Assembly (NCBI GenBank): GCA_029564175.1 | Contig: JAKQQL010000192.1 | Span: 8,753-72,752, forward strand | DNA: 64,000 nucleotides | DNA from: Candidatus Cloacimonadota bacterium | GTDB lineage: Bacteria; Cloacimonadota; Cloacimonadia; Cloacimonadales; WRIO01 | Reading direction: 5' to 3' | Shown here: positions 47,553 to 56,702 of the stretch, piece by piece | How the letters are laid out: the number at the start of each line of letters is the position of its first letter | How positions within the stretch are numbered: position 1 is the stretch's first letter | Program-made: the position numbers and the translations under genes | Notes under the pieces: generated by a model | Seen by the model: only the letters and a program-made list of their open reading frames with translations | Told to the model about the DNA's origin: nothing | The model's database searches: none

Positions 47553-49645
47553 GATTTATCCCCTTCCAGATTAGACAGAATCATTTCAATACAGTAAAGC
47601 GCATTGACGCTCCATGCCTGAGCAGGGGTACCCTTTGGGAAATGTGGTTTATCGCCATCCCAAACTTCTGCGATTGAGGCAATATGACCTTTTTGGTAGC
47701 CATTTCTGAATTTCTCAATCAGATAACTGATATGATTCCTCGATTCATTGACTGATTTACCAGGATAAGCTCTCAGCCAGGTCTTTACAAACGGTAAAAG
47801 CAACCATGCCCAGACTGTTCCCTGATGGTAAGCTTTATCTCTTTGGTTGAGGTCACCGATATATTTTTTTTTAAATTTGTAGTCTCTTGGAGAGAGAGTT
47901 CTCAAACCATAAGGTGTAAACAATTCAATATGCGCACATTCGTAAATTTGCTGAAGTTTATCTATTGAGAGCGGGGTAAATGGCAAAGATGCTGCAATAA
48001 TCGCATTTGGTCTGTATTCAGCAATCACCTGGTCACGATAAATACGGTCAGCTAAAAAATCACCAATCCAGTATTTAGAAAAAGACTCTTTTATCAGATT
48101 TTTTTGCTCTATAAATTCATTGTTCAGCAGATAGAATTTACTTTCAGGTGCAATATTATTATATTTTTCAATCATTAGTTCATAATAACATAATGCATTG
48201 TATAATAATGCGTTAATTTCAACTGGCGCACCATCTCTCGGTGTTACTGGATTACCAGAAATTTTCGCATCCATCCAGGTTGCAGATGCAAATGAATGAC
48301 CTAACTCCAGCAAACCATCTTCTCGTATAAAGAAATGCTCGTTTTCTTTAAATAATAACTCATTCAGAGTGTTTTCTGTAATATCAATGATTTCTTTCCA
48401 GTTAGCCGTTTTTTGTTTTTGAGTGCCTTTTTGATTCAGTTTTTCAACAGTTTCATAAAGTCTGATAATAAACCATAAGCTGGCGTCAATTGTATCATAA
48501 TTACCACCCTGTCCGCTTTCAGAGCACATATTGGGCAGTAATCCGTTTTTTCTTTGTTCATTATATTTTTTTAAGACAGACCAGGCATACTCTGCTCCTT
48601 TAGGCATTTGAATAATACTCTCCAATGCGATCATTGTATCTCTTCCCCAGGCACCAAACCATGGGAATCCTGCTACGATGTCATTGTTTGCCATAAAATC
48701 AGTCATTGACAGTTCTAGTATTTTCAGATAATCAGGATATTCAAACATGATGTTATCATTATAATCCAGAGAATTTAAGATACTGTTTTCTTCTTCATTT
48801 TCTTCAGATTTTGATTTAATATCATTTTTTCTTTTTTGAGGAATATCATAGGGAAGAGGATATTTTTTATACCGTTTTTCGATTCTAGCGACCAGTTCTT
48901 CTGTGTTTTCAATCGGCATGTCAGAGAAAATCAGATAATCAGTTTCATTTGTTTTCAGACTAAACTCAATACCTGCAACCGAGATCAGATCTTCTGAACC
49001 TGGATAACCTCTCATGGCTTCCCATGGATAATACTGACTTCTATAGATGTTATGTTCTGGATAAATCTGTCCGTGTTGAAGCCAGCCATAACACTCAAGC
49101 TGATTAGAAAAGCGTTTAACTTTTAAAAAGTGACAATGTTCATCCTGGCAGATTTCTGTATGAATATCATTTTTATCCCAGTCACCCGCCTGATTGAGAT
49201 GATGATGATTTCTCAGGGCAAATTTGGGTCTAATTTTGAAGTTGAGTTGATTGGTACTTAAATTTTTGTATTTAATCAGAATCGTATTACTTGTTTCGTC
49301 CATCATGATGCTTTTTCGGATGAGAATATCATCATTATGTGGTAAAGCAGAAAACAAGAATACCGGATAAGGTCGTAACCAGCTTTTTACCAGATGTAAA
49401 AAACCTTCCGGATAAATGCAGTTGTTATAATGATTGCTGTCCAGAAAAAATGATTCCCCCCGCCATTCAATCATCTCTTCCAGACTGGCAAGCAAATTAT
49501 AACGTTCGAATTGAGCATTACTTTTTGTCAGTAAAGAATGGTATTTTCTCAGAGGTACAAGATTGCCTGTTCCAAGTGCATAAGCACCGTTTTGATTGCT
49601 TAAAATCCATTCATGACTCTGAGTCTCCAAGAAATAATTTGCCAT
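47549..49645 (-). CDS. Glycogen debranching enzyme (amylo-alpha-1,6-glucosidase)
   Basis: EWILSN..G.YA, AGFPWF.AWGRDT, DASLW, TWMDA, TPRDG.PVEINAL, YHQGTVWAWL, QAWSV. Confidence 0.92.
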   Translation of the reverse strand: MANYFLETQSHEWILSNQNGAYALGTGNLVPLRKYHSLLTKSNAQFERYNLLASLEEMIEWRGESFFLDSNHYNNCIYPEGFLHLVKSWLRPYPVFLFSALPHNDDILIRKSIMMDETSNTILIKYKNLSTNQLNFKIRPKFALRNHHHLNQAGDWDKNDIHTEICQDEHCHFLKVKRFSNQLECYGWLQHGQIYPEHNIYRSQYYPWEAMRGYPGSEDLISVAGIEFSLKTNETDYLIFSDMPIENTEELVARIEKRYKKYPLPYDIPQKRKNDIKSKSEENEEENSILNSLDYNDNIMFEYPDYLKILELSMTDFMANNDIVAGFPWFGAWGRDTMIALESIIQMPKGAEYAWSVLKKYNEQRKNGLLPNMCSESGQGGNYDTIDASLWFIIRLYETVEKLNQKGTQKQKTANWKEIIDITENTLNELLFKENEHFFIREDGLLELGHSFASATWMDAKISGNPVTPRDGAPVEINALLYNALCYYELMIEKYNNIAPESKFYLLNNEFIEQKNLIKESFSKYWIGDFLADRIYRDQVIAEYRPNAIIAASLPFTPLSIDKLQQIYECAHIELFTPYGLRTLSPRDYKFKKKYIGDLNQRDKAYHQGTVWAWLLLPFVKTWLRAYPGKSVNESRNHISYLIEKFRNGYQKGHIASIAEVWDGDKPHFPKGTPAQAWSVNALYCIEMILSNLEGDKS

Positions 49646-49755
49646 TAACCCCTCCTGGTTTTTTATTCGCAGAATCTGTTGATTAGCGAATCGTTTTTAT
49701 TTGCTTTTTATACCTTAATATTGTCAAAGACAGTCTTTCTGACTCTCTTTAGATA

Positions 49756-49784
49756 TATATAGTACGATTCCTTTTAAAAGTCAA
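49756..49784 (-). promoter_or_regulatory. Putative promoter of the glycogen operon
   Basis: Minus strand TTGACT-N17-TATATA. Confidence 0.45.
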
Positions 49785-49999
49785 GCAAAAATTTGATTAA
49801 TTTTGTTTTTTAACACAAAACTGACATAAAAATTAAAAAGCAGAATCTTAATTTTTGTTGAAATGTTTATTCGTTTGTTTTTGAAGTTCTTCAATCGAAT
49901 CAGTACTGTTCAGACTACCTGTTTAGAATTCAGTTTAAATCAGAATCTAAGCTACTCATTGACTTCAAATGTTCAATGTGGTAAATTTACGACAGAATC

Positions 50000-50033
50000 A
50001 AAAAAGGACACAGTTTCTTATAACTGTGTCCTT
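50000..50033 (-). terminator. Intrinsic terminator after the decarboxylase gene
   Basis: AAGGACACAGTT-N6-AACTGTGTCCTT, a 12-bp perfect stem, then Ts on the minus strand. Confidence 0.85.
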
Positions 50034-50049
50034 AAAAGATTAAGAAAAG

Positions 50050-51210
50050 TTATTCGATAAAATAGGTTTTAAGAGGAGGAAATCCATTAAATTCAACAGA
50101 ACAGTAACTTGAGGTATAGGCTCCGGTTGTAAACCAGTACAAACGATCTCCAATAGATAAACTCAAAGGTAATTCATATTTCGTATCTTCGTACATAATG
50201 TCTTGAGAATCACAGGTTGGCCCTGCAATCACAACCTCTTCCATTTCTCCCTTCTTTTCGGTATAAATAGGAAATTTGATTGATTCTTCAAGCGTTTCTA
50301 TTAAACCGTTAAATTTGCCCACGTCAGTATAAACCCAACGGTTTAAAGCGGTTCTGGATTTTCTGGAGACTAAAACTACTTCGCTGACAATCATCCCAGC
50401 TTCAGCAACCAGTGATCGACCTGGTTCCAGAATAATTTCAGGATGATCATCTCCAAAATCTTCTATAATATAACGGGTAATCTCTGAAGCATAAACCGAT
50501 AAATCATTGGTTCTTGCTACATAATTTGCAGGGAAACCGCCACCCATATTAATCATTTTCAATTTAATACCTTCTTCTTCTTCCAGCCATGTAAAGATAT
50601 ATTTTACTTTTGAAATCGCTGCATCCCACGCAGATATATCTCTTTGCTGTGATCCTACATGGAAAGAGATTCCATAAGGCTCAAGTCCCAATTTGCTGGC
50701 AAGAATGATCAGATCAGTCGCCAGGTCTGTCTGACAACCAAATTTACGGGATAAAGGCCAGTCAGCTGTTTCCATACCTTCGGTCAGAATTCTGACAAAA
50801 ATTCTTGAACCTGGTGCTGCTTTGGCTATATTTCTCAGGTCTGCTTCACTATCTGTCACATAGAGACGAACGCCTGCTTCATAAAATTCTCTGATATCTT
50901 TGGATTTTTTAATCGTGTTTCCGTAACTGATTCTATCGGGTGTGACACCCAATTCCAGTAAACGTCTTAATTCATAAACAGAGGCTACATCAAAGTTTGA
51001 GCCTAAATCTCTTAAAAGAGATAATACTTCGACTGCTGGATTTGCTTTTACTGCATAGTAAACTTTTGCAAAAGGGAAGTTCTCTTTTAATTCATAATAA
51101 TTGGATTTAATAATACTTAAGTTGCACACAATAAAAGGGGTTTCTTTAGTATCTGCAAAACTCTTAAATTTTTTCCAGTCTTCCGGAGAGTAGTAGTTAT
51201 CTTTGATCAT
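50050..51210 (-). CDS. Fold-type III PLP ornithine (or lysine/ornithine) decarboxylase
   Basis: YAVKAN (PLP Lys), FDVAS, WPLSRKFG, SFHVGSQ, GGGF, EPGR, GPTCDS, GAY; GGAGG RBS before the ATG at 51210. Confidence 0.92.
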   Translation of the reverse strand: MIKDNYYSPEDWKKFKSFADTKETPFIVCNLSIIKSNYYELKENFPFAKVYYAVKANPAVEVLSLLRDLGSNFDVASVYELRRLLELGVTPDRISYGNTIKKSKDIREFYEAGVRLYVTDSEADLRNIAKAAPGSRIFVRILTEGMETADWPLSRKFGCQTDLATDLIILASKLGLEPYGISFHVGSQQRDISAWDAAISKVKYIFTWLEEEEGIKLKMINMGGGFPANYVARTNDLSVYASEITRYIIEDFGDDHPEIILEPGRSLVAEAGMIVSEVVLVSRKSRTALNRWVYTDVGKFNGLIETLEESIKFPIYTEKKGEMEEVVIAGPTCDSQDIMYEDTKYELPLSLSIGDRLYWFTTGAYTSSYCSVEFNGFPPLKTYFIE

Positions 51211-51304
51211 TGTATCCTCCAATCTTTAGGAGGTTTTTAATAGTCATAGCTAAACATCTGTCAGGGGGGTGTACCTGAGTATTCCATCTTCTGATGTCAA
51301 ACAT
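51197..51304 (-). CDS. Putative regulatory leader peptide (35 aa) of the decarboxylase
   Basis: AAGGAGG RBS 5 nt before the ATG; MFDIRRWNTQVHPPDRCLAMTIKNLLKIGGYNDQR*; overlaps the first 14 nt of the decarboxylase CDS. Confidence 0.7.
   Translation of the reverse strand: MFDIRRWNTQVHPPDRCLAMTIKNLLKIGGYNDQR
51216..51233 (-). promoter_or_regulatory. Anti-Shine-Dalgarno hairpin over the decarboxylase RBS
   Basis: mRNA CCUCC-UAAAGAUU-GGAGG pairs the whole GGAGG SD. Confidence 0.6.
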
Positions 51305-51532
51305 TTTAGCCTCCTTTTCTTAAATATTTATGTGTTACGCATAATTAATCCCCAAATTATAGCAAGTATTTTTTTAAAATATTTATAAAAGACATTATTG
51401 CAATTATTTATAAAACGAATTTCTAGCTTGTATCTACCAGATAATCAGAAAAAAAACAAACATTTCTTACAAAAAGAGAAAATCAAATAAAGTAAAAAAA
51501 AACTTATTATAATTAATATAAATAATAGTTTT

Positions 51533-51576
51533 GATAAGGAAAGGATAAGGAAAGGATAAGGAAGGAATAAGAAAAG
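51533..51576. repeat. Short purine-rich tandem repeat
   Basis: GATAAGGAAAG twice exact plus two degenerate 11-nt copies. Confidence 0.7.
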
Positions 51577-51603
51577 TTTTCAAAAATTTACAGGTCAGAT
51601 CTT

Positions 51604-52500
51604 CTAAGGTAAACGATTAATCAATCTGACAATCTGTTCAAGACTGAGTCCTGTTAAGATCAAAAATAGTCCAATACCTTGCCATACAGAAAAACTTTCT
51701 TTTAGGATAATGACTGCTAAAAAGGAGGCAAAGACCGGTTTTAGTAAAAAAAACATTGAAGATAATGAAGCATCAATTTTTTGTAATCCTTTTGAATAGA
51801 GTATATATGCAAAACCCGTAACAAAGAGACCAAGGTAAAGAAGAGCACTTATATTTTTAATATTAGGACTGAAACTCAAATCTACTTTAAGTAGTAATCC
51901 AACAATTAATAAAACGATTGCTCCAACGAAGAAAGAGATACAATTAAAAACAACTGCTCCGTATTTATGAATATTTTTTTTTGCAAGAACTGTAAACAAA
52001 GCAAACGAGACCGATGCCATCATGCTAAAGATAATGCCCAGTGAAACACTTTTAGCCGGAGTATAGTCCAAACCCTGATTGCCTGCTACAACCATAATCA
52101 TGCCAATTATTCCTGCAATAATTCCGATTAGCCGATATTTGCCGATTTTTTCTTCTAAAATAAAAAAAGCCAGCAAACTGACAAAAATGGAATTTGAACT
52201 GATTAAAATCGCAGCAATAAGGGCTTTCCCATAAAAAATAGCCAGTTGGAGTAAATACATACTGACTGTAATATTGATGATGCCAGGTAAAGCCATAGAA
52301 AGTATATCTTTTTTGTTTAAAGAGATTGTATTTTTTTTGAGTTGAAATATCGTAGGAACTAATAAAATCAGACTTCCGATTAAAAATCTATATGCAGTTA
52401 CTGCAAGTGGACTAATATCGGCGCCAATCATTTTGCCGGTAAATTCAAGAGTGGAAAAGAAAAATATAGCCAGAATACAAAATATATAAGCGATTTGCAT
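51604..52500 (-). CDS. EamA/DMT family transporter
   Basis: 10 TM, duplicated EamA repeats (FILEEK, IILKE); GGAG RBS before the ATG at 52500. Confidence 0.88.
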   Translation of the reverse strand: MQIAYIFCILAIFFFSTLEFTGKMIGADISPLAVTAYRFLIGSLILLVPTIFQLKKNTISLNKKDILSMALPGIINITVSMYLLQLAIFYGKALIAAILISSNSIFVSLLAFFILEEKIGKYRLIGIIAGIIGMIMVVAGNQGLDYTPAKSVSLGIIFSMMASVSFALFTVLAKKNIHKYGAVVFNCISFFVGAIVLLIVGLLLKVDLSFSPNIKNISALLYLGLFVTGFAYILYSKGLQKIDASLSSMFFLLKPVFASFLAVIILKESFSVWQGIGLFLILTGLSLEQIVRLINRLP

Positions 52501-52686
52501 TAAAAACTCCTTTTTATTCTCTTCAAATAGAAATGAAAAATAAGTCAAGAGAAAAGAATATTAGCTTGAAAAAATGGATTATTAAAGCATTTAAAAAAAA
52601 AGCGGTAAAACATGAATGTCATCTTGACAAAGTATCTGATTTATTATTTTTGACTAAGTAATAACGATATTCTTATTGGAGGAAAA

Positions 52687-53007
52687 ATGGCTGGAATTGA
52701 AACTGAAATTCAAATCAATTATGACAGTTTACTCAAACAGGGTTTTGCAGTAATTGATGTCAGATACAAAGACTATGATGTAACTAATGAAACCTACAAA
52801 CTGGTAATTGCAAAAATTGAAGGTGATCGTGACGATTTTTATCCATCAATGTTAAAACACTATATGGGAAAAGAAGTTAAGGATCGTAATGTTTACGAAT
52901 TATGGACTAATATCTTAAAACATAAAATCAGCATGAGTGCCCAGTTAAAACGTGATGTTTACATTAAAGTTGCAGCCATGGATTATTTAGAGAATTTCTT
53001 TGTATGA
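52687..53007 (+). CDS. Small protein with a DUF4032-like C-terminus
   Basis: GGAGG RBS; W..ILKHK..MS....RDV....AAMDY pattern; ATGA overlap with ndk. Confidence 0.6.
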   Translation: MAGIETEIQINYDSLLKQGFAVIDVRYKDYDVTNETYKLVIAKIEGDRDDFYPSMLKHYMGKEVKDRNVYELWTNILKHKISMSAQLKRDVYIKVAAMDYLENFFV

Positions 53008-53414
53008 TACAGCAAACACTTTTACTTATCAAACCAAATGCCACCGCCAAGAATGTGATCGGACGCATTATTGATATCGCTGAATGCAATCAGTTTAGAG
53101 TAAAACAGTTAAAAATGTTTACGATGTCTCAGGATATTGCAGACCAGTTTTATGAAATGCATAAAGGGAAATCTTTTTTTCAAAGCCTGTGTGATTTTAT
53201 GACATCTGGTCATACGGTTGCTGTTATTTTGGAAAAAGATAATGCCATTGAAGAATTACGTTTACTGGTAGGTAACACTGACCCCGTTAAAGCAAATCCG
53301 GGCACTATTCGTCACATGTATGGAGAATCCGTAACTGTAAATGCCGTTCATGCTTCAGACAGTGAAGAGAATGCAATCAGAGAGATTAATATCATATTTT
53401 ATGAAAATGAATAA
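53004..53414 (+). CDS. ndk: Nucleoside diphosphate kinase
   Basis: IKPNA, FYEMHKGK, PGTIR, NAVHASDS. Confidence 0.96.
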   Translation: MIQQTLLLIKPNATAKNVIGRIIDIAECNQFRVKQLKMFTMSQDIADQFYEMHKGKSFFQSLCDFMTSGHTVAVILEKDNAIEELRLLVGNTDPVKANPGTIRHMYGESVTVNAVHASDSEENAIREINIIFYENE

Positions 53415-53525
53415 TCCATCAAAACACAAGTAAGCTCTTATGAAAAACAAGAATGAAGGCAACTTGTCTTCAATAAACAAGCAATACAAGCACCAGCTTG
53501 AATATACCATAAAACAGGAGAAAAA

Positions 53526-54731
53526 ATGAATATACTGGTTTTAAACTGCGGTAGCTCATCAATCAAATTTCAGTTATTGAATATGGCAGAAGAAAACGTA
53601 ATGGCAGAAGGAATCGTTGAAAGAATTGGAGAAGATGTTTCTTTATATACTTACAAAAGCGAACCCTATACCAAAAAGAAAAGAGAAATTGTGATAGAAG
53701 ATCATGCCAAGGGTCTTCAAATGATCATTGATACACTATTAGATCCGAATCATGGTGTGATAAAAAATGCAAATGAAATAGATGCGGTAGGACACAGACT
53801 TGTCCATGGTGGTGAATATTTCTCCGGTAGTGTTAAAATTACCAGAGAAGTAGAAGAAGTGCTTGAAAAATGCTGTGCACTTGCTCCTCTCCATAACCCA
53901 GCTAACATCAGAGGTATCGAGGCTGTTCATAAAAATTTACCAAACACTGTTCAGTGTGGTAGTTTTGATACTGCATTTCATCAGACAATCCCTGCCAAAG
54001 CTTATCTCTATCCAATACCACTTAAGTTATACAATGAAAACAAGATTCGACGTTATGGATTTCATGGTACATCTCATCAATATGTCAGTATGAAAGCAGC
54101 AGAGTATCTTGGCAAAGATATAAAAGATTTGAAAATTATTACATGTCACATCGGAAACGGAGCATCCATTACTGCCATTGACAAAGGCAGATCAATTGAT
54201 ACATCAATGGGTTTTACTCCTCTTGAAGGATTAATGATGGGAACCCGTTGTGGTGATTTAGATCCGGCTATTCCTGTCTATATGTGCAAAACACTGGGTA
54301 TGAGCATTGATGAAGTAGATACGATGCTTAATAAAAAAAGCGGTATGTTGGGATTATCACAGATTTCTAACGATATGAGAGAAATCGAAGAAGAAATTCT
54401 TGAAAAGAAAGAACCACGTGCTATCCAGGCACATGATGTTTATGCTTACAGAATTAAAAAATATATCGGTGCATATATGGCTGCATTAAATGGCTGTGAT
54501 GTACTGATCTTTACCGGTGGTGTGGGGGAAAAAATGCCAATTCTCAGAGAGCTGGTTTTACGTGATATGGATGGTCTTGGTTTTGTATTAAATCAGGAAA
54601 ACAATAAAATATTTAATGATGAAATCGTTGATTTAAGTGCGCCTGAATCCAGAGTGAAAATTCTGAAAGTGCCTACTAATGAAGAGTTAATGATTGCACT
54701 AGAAACACAAAAATTAGTATCAGAAAAATAA
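53526..54731 (+). CDS. ackA: Acetate kinase
   Basis: LNCGSSSIK, GHRLVHGG, APLHNP, FDTAFH, RRYGFHGTSH, PTNEE. Confidence 0.96.
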   Translation: MNILVLNCGSSSIKFQLLNMAEENVMAEGIVERIGEDVSLYTYKSEPYTKKKREIVIEDHAKGLQMIIDTLLDPNHGVIKNANEIDAVGHRLVHGGEYFSGSVKITREVEEVLEKCCALAPLHNPANIRGIEAVHKNLPNTVQCGSFDTAFHQTIPAKAYLYPIPLKLYNENKIRRYGFHGTSHQYVSMKAAEYLGKDIKDLKIITCHIGNGASITAIDKGRSIDTSMGFTPLEGLMMGTRCGDLDPAIPVYMCKTLGMSIDEVDTMLNKKSGMLGLSQISNDMREIEEEILEKKEPRAIQAHDVYAYRIKKYIGAYMAALNGCDVLIFTGGVGEKMPILRELVLRDMDGLGFVLNQENNKIFNDEIVDLSAPESRVKILKVPTNEELMIALETQKLVSEK

Positions 54732-54740
54732 GAGGTTATC

Positions 54741-55619
54741 ATGAAAAGGACAAAACTGTGTATTCTGCTGATATTGTTAATGACCACATTGTTTGCTGAC
54801 AACAAATTGAATTTATCCAATCCAGACGATTATTATAATGCTTTTCTGAAAACCCGTGCCGATTTAAGCGGTAAGGAAGTGGTATATTATTGGACTGGAA
54901 CTGTTTATAGTTTTGTCCCTGGAGAAAAAGATAGCCCATTATTTAAATTTGAAGGCTTTAATGTAGCTAAACTGGTCAAAGTAGAAGGCGGATATGAGAT
55001 GCTTACTCGTGAAGCCGCCTTTTACGAAGACCTTAAAACAGGGCAGATTATCGAAAAATGGCAAAATCCATGGTTAAAAAAAGAAGTGGAAGTCGTTCAG
55101 ATCTGGAATGATCCGGTAAATCAAAGTTTTGTTTTTCCGGAACAATTCAGACCCTATATGCATAAATTATTACCATCCAATGATCTTGGTAACATGATGA
55201 GCTTTAATCTGGATTTATTTTTAAATTATCCATCACCCCTTAAAAGAGCGGATTATCCGCTAAATGCCCAGAGTGATACTTATGAAGCAGCTGAGCTGTT
55301 CCGCTTTTTTGTACAAAAAAGTGATTTGGAAAATGTAACACTTACTTCTGTCCCTGTCAGTATTTCCTGGACTCGTTTCAGTCCATGGATGCCTTTTATG
55401 GAGATGGGAGACAGACCAGGTAATCTTGTCTTTAGTTGTTCAGGTTTTAAACTTGAAAATGGTTTCGAAGATTTACCTGAACATATAAAAACATACGTTA
55501 TAAAACAAAAGCCTGTTTTCTCCAAAGCACCTGAAACATATACTGAACCAAATGAGACCAGCTGGACTTATTTCCTGAAATATATGAAAGAAAATGAAAA
55601 CACTAAAACAAAAAAATAA
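54741..55619 (+). CDS. Secreted DUF1838-like protein
   Basis: Signal peptide; YYWTG.VY...PGE, LFKFEGFNV, REAAFY.D..TG, WNDPVN, SWTR.SPW.PFM.MG. Confidence 0.7.
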   Translation: MKRTKLCILLILLMTTLFADNKLNLSNPDDYYNAFLKTRADLSGKEVVYYWTGTVYSFVPGEKDSPLFKFEGFNVAKLVKVEGGYEMLTREAAFYEDLKTGQIIEKWQNPWLKKEVEVVQIWNDPVNQSFVFPEQFRPYMHKLLPSNDLGNMMSFNLDLFLNYPSPLKRADYPLNAQSDTYEAAELFRFFVQKSDLENVTLTSVPVSISWTRFSPWMPFMEMGDRPGNLVFSCSGFKLENGFEDLPEHIKTYVIKQKPVFSKAPETYTEPNETSWTYFLKYMKENENTKTKK

Positions 55620-55657
55620 TAAAGAACATAGTATAAATCTATGCAGATGAGGATATT

Positions 55658-56695
55658 ATGATTTTTCATAAACTATTCGGTATGCTTTCCAGTGATGTTG
55701 CAATTGATCTGGGTACAGCTAATACACTTGTTTATAAACAAGGATCAGGAATCATTATCAATGAACCCTCAGTTGTTGCACTTTCATCTGATGGTAAACG
55801 AATCCTTTCTATCGGTAAGCTGGCTAAAGAAATGCTCGGGAAAAATCCAGATGAAGTTAAAGTCATCAAACCCATGAAAGATGGTGTTATCGCAGATTTT
55901 CAGGTAACAGAATTAATGCTCAGAGATTTGATTCTCAGAACACAAAAGAAGAAATGGCTGGTTAAACCCCGTGTGATTGTTTGTGTTCCATCAGGAATTA
56001 CAGAAGTTGAAAAGCGTGCTGTCAGAGACAGTGCTTTACATGCAGGAGCCAGAGAAGTCCATCTGGTTTCAGAACCTATTGCTGCTGCAATAGGTGCAGA
56101 TCTGCCAATTCATAAGCCATACGGTAATATGATTATGGATATTGGTGGTGGAACCTCTGAAATTGCTGTTATATCCCTTTCTCATATTGTGATTCATAAT
56201 TCAATCCGTGTAGGCGGAGATAAAATGGATTCTGATATTGTTAATTATCTTCGTAAAAAAAACAATATCAATGTTGGTATTCAAACTGCAGAAAAAATTA
56301 AACAAACGATAGGCTCAGCATTCCAGCTAAAAGAGGAATTGGAAATGGATGTCAGAGGTCGTGATGTCATAACAGGCTATCCTGTAACCATTAAAGTCTC
56401 TTCTAATGAAATTCGCGAAGCCCTGGCAGAAACGATTGTGGATCTTATCGATGCGATTAAACGTTTGTTTGAAAAAACGCCTCCTGAACTGGCTGCTGAT
56501 ATTGCCGAAAGAGGGATCGTACTGACAGGTGGTGGAGCTCAGTTAAAGGGGCTTGATGCAAGAATCCGTGAAACAGTAGATTTACCTGTTCATGTAGTTG
56601 CAGATCCATTGACCTGTGTGGTTAAAGGTGTTGGCAAAATCCTTGAAGATATTGATCAATACAGAGATGTATTAATTAACAAGGTGGAAGATTAA
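55658..56695 (+). CDS. mreB: Rod shape-determining protein MreB
   Basis: IDLGTANT, EPSVVA, DGVIADF, DIGGGTSE, LTGGGA. Confidence 0.97.
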   Translation: MIFHKLFGMLSSDVAIDLGTANTLVYKQGSGIIINEPSVVALSSDGKRILSIGKLAKEMLGKNPDEVKVIKPMKDGVIADFQVTELMLRDLILRTQKKKWLVKPRVIVCVPSGITEVEKRAVRDSALHAGAREVHLVSEPIAAAIGADLPIHKPYGNMIMDIGGGTSEIAVISLSHIVIHNSIRVGGDKMDSDIVNYLRKKNNINVGIQTAEKIKQTIGSAFQLKEELEMDVRGRDVITGYPVTIKVSSNEIREALAETIVDLIDAIKRLFEKTPPELAADIAERGIVLTGGGAQLKGLDARIRETVDLPVHVVADPLTCVVKGVGKILEDIDQYRDVLINKVED

Positions 56696-56702
56696 GCGTA
56701 AA

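Noticed and set aside
49665-49738. Weak hairpin (ATTCGC...GCGAAT) and AAAGAC-A-GTCTTT palindrome in the glycogen operon leader as a riboswitch or operator
   Set aside because: Short stems expected by chance in AT-rich DNA; no recognisable aptamer consensus
49863-50060. 65-aa + strand ORF
   Set aside because: No RBS, runs through the terminator hairpin, non-protein-like composition
51197-51270. Antizyme-like +1 frameshift fusing the leader to the decarboxylase at the CCC CCU site
   Set aside because: The +1 frame has stops (UAG in GUU UAG, and UAA before the SD) between the C run and the decarboxylase start
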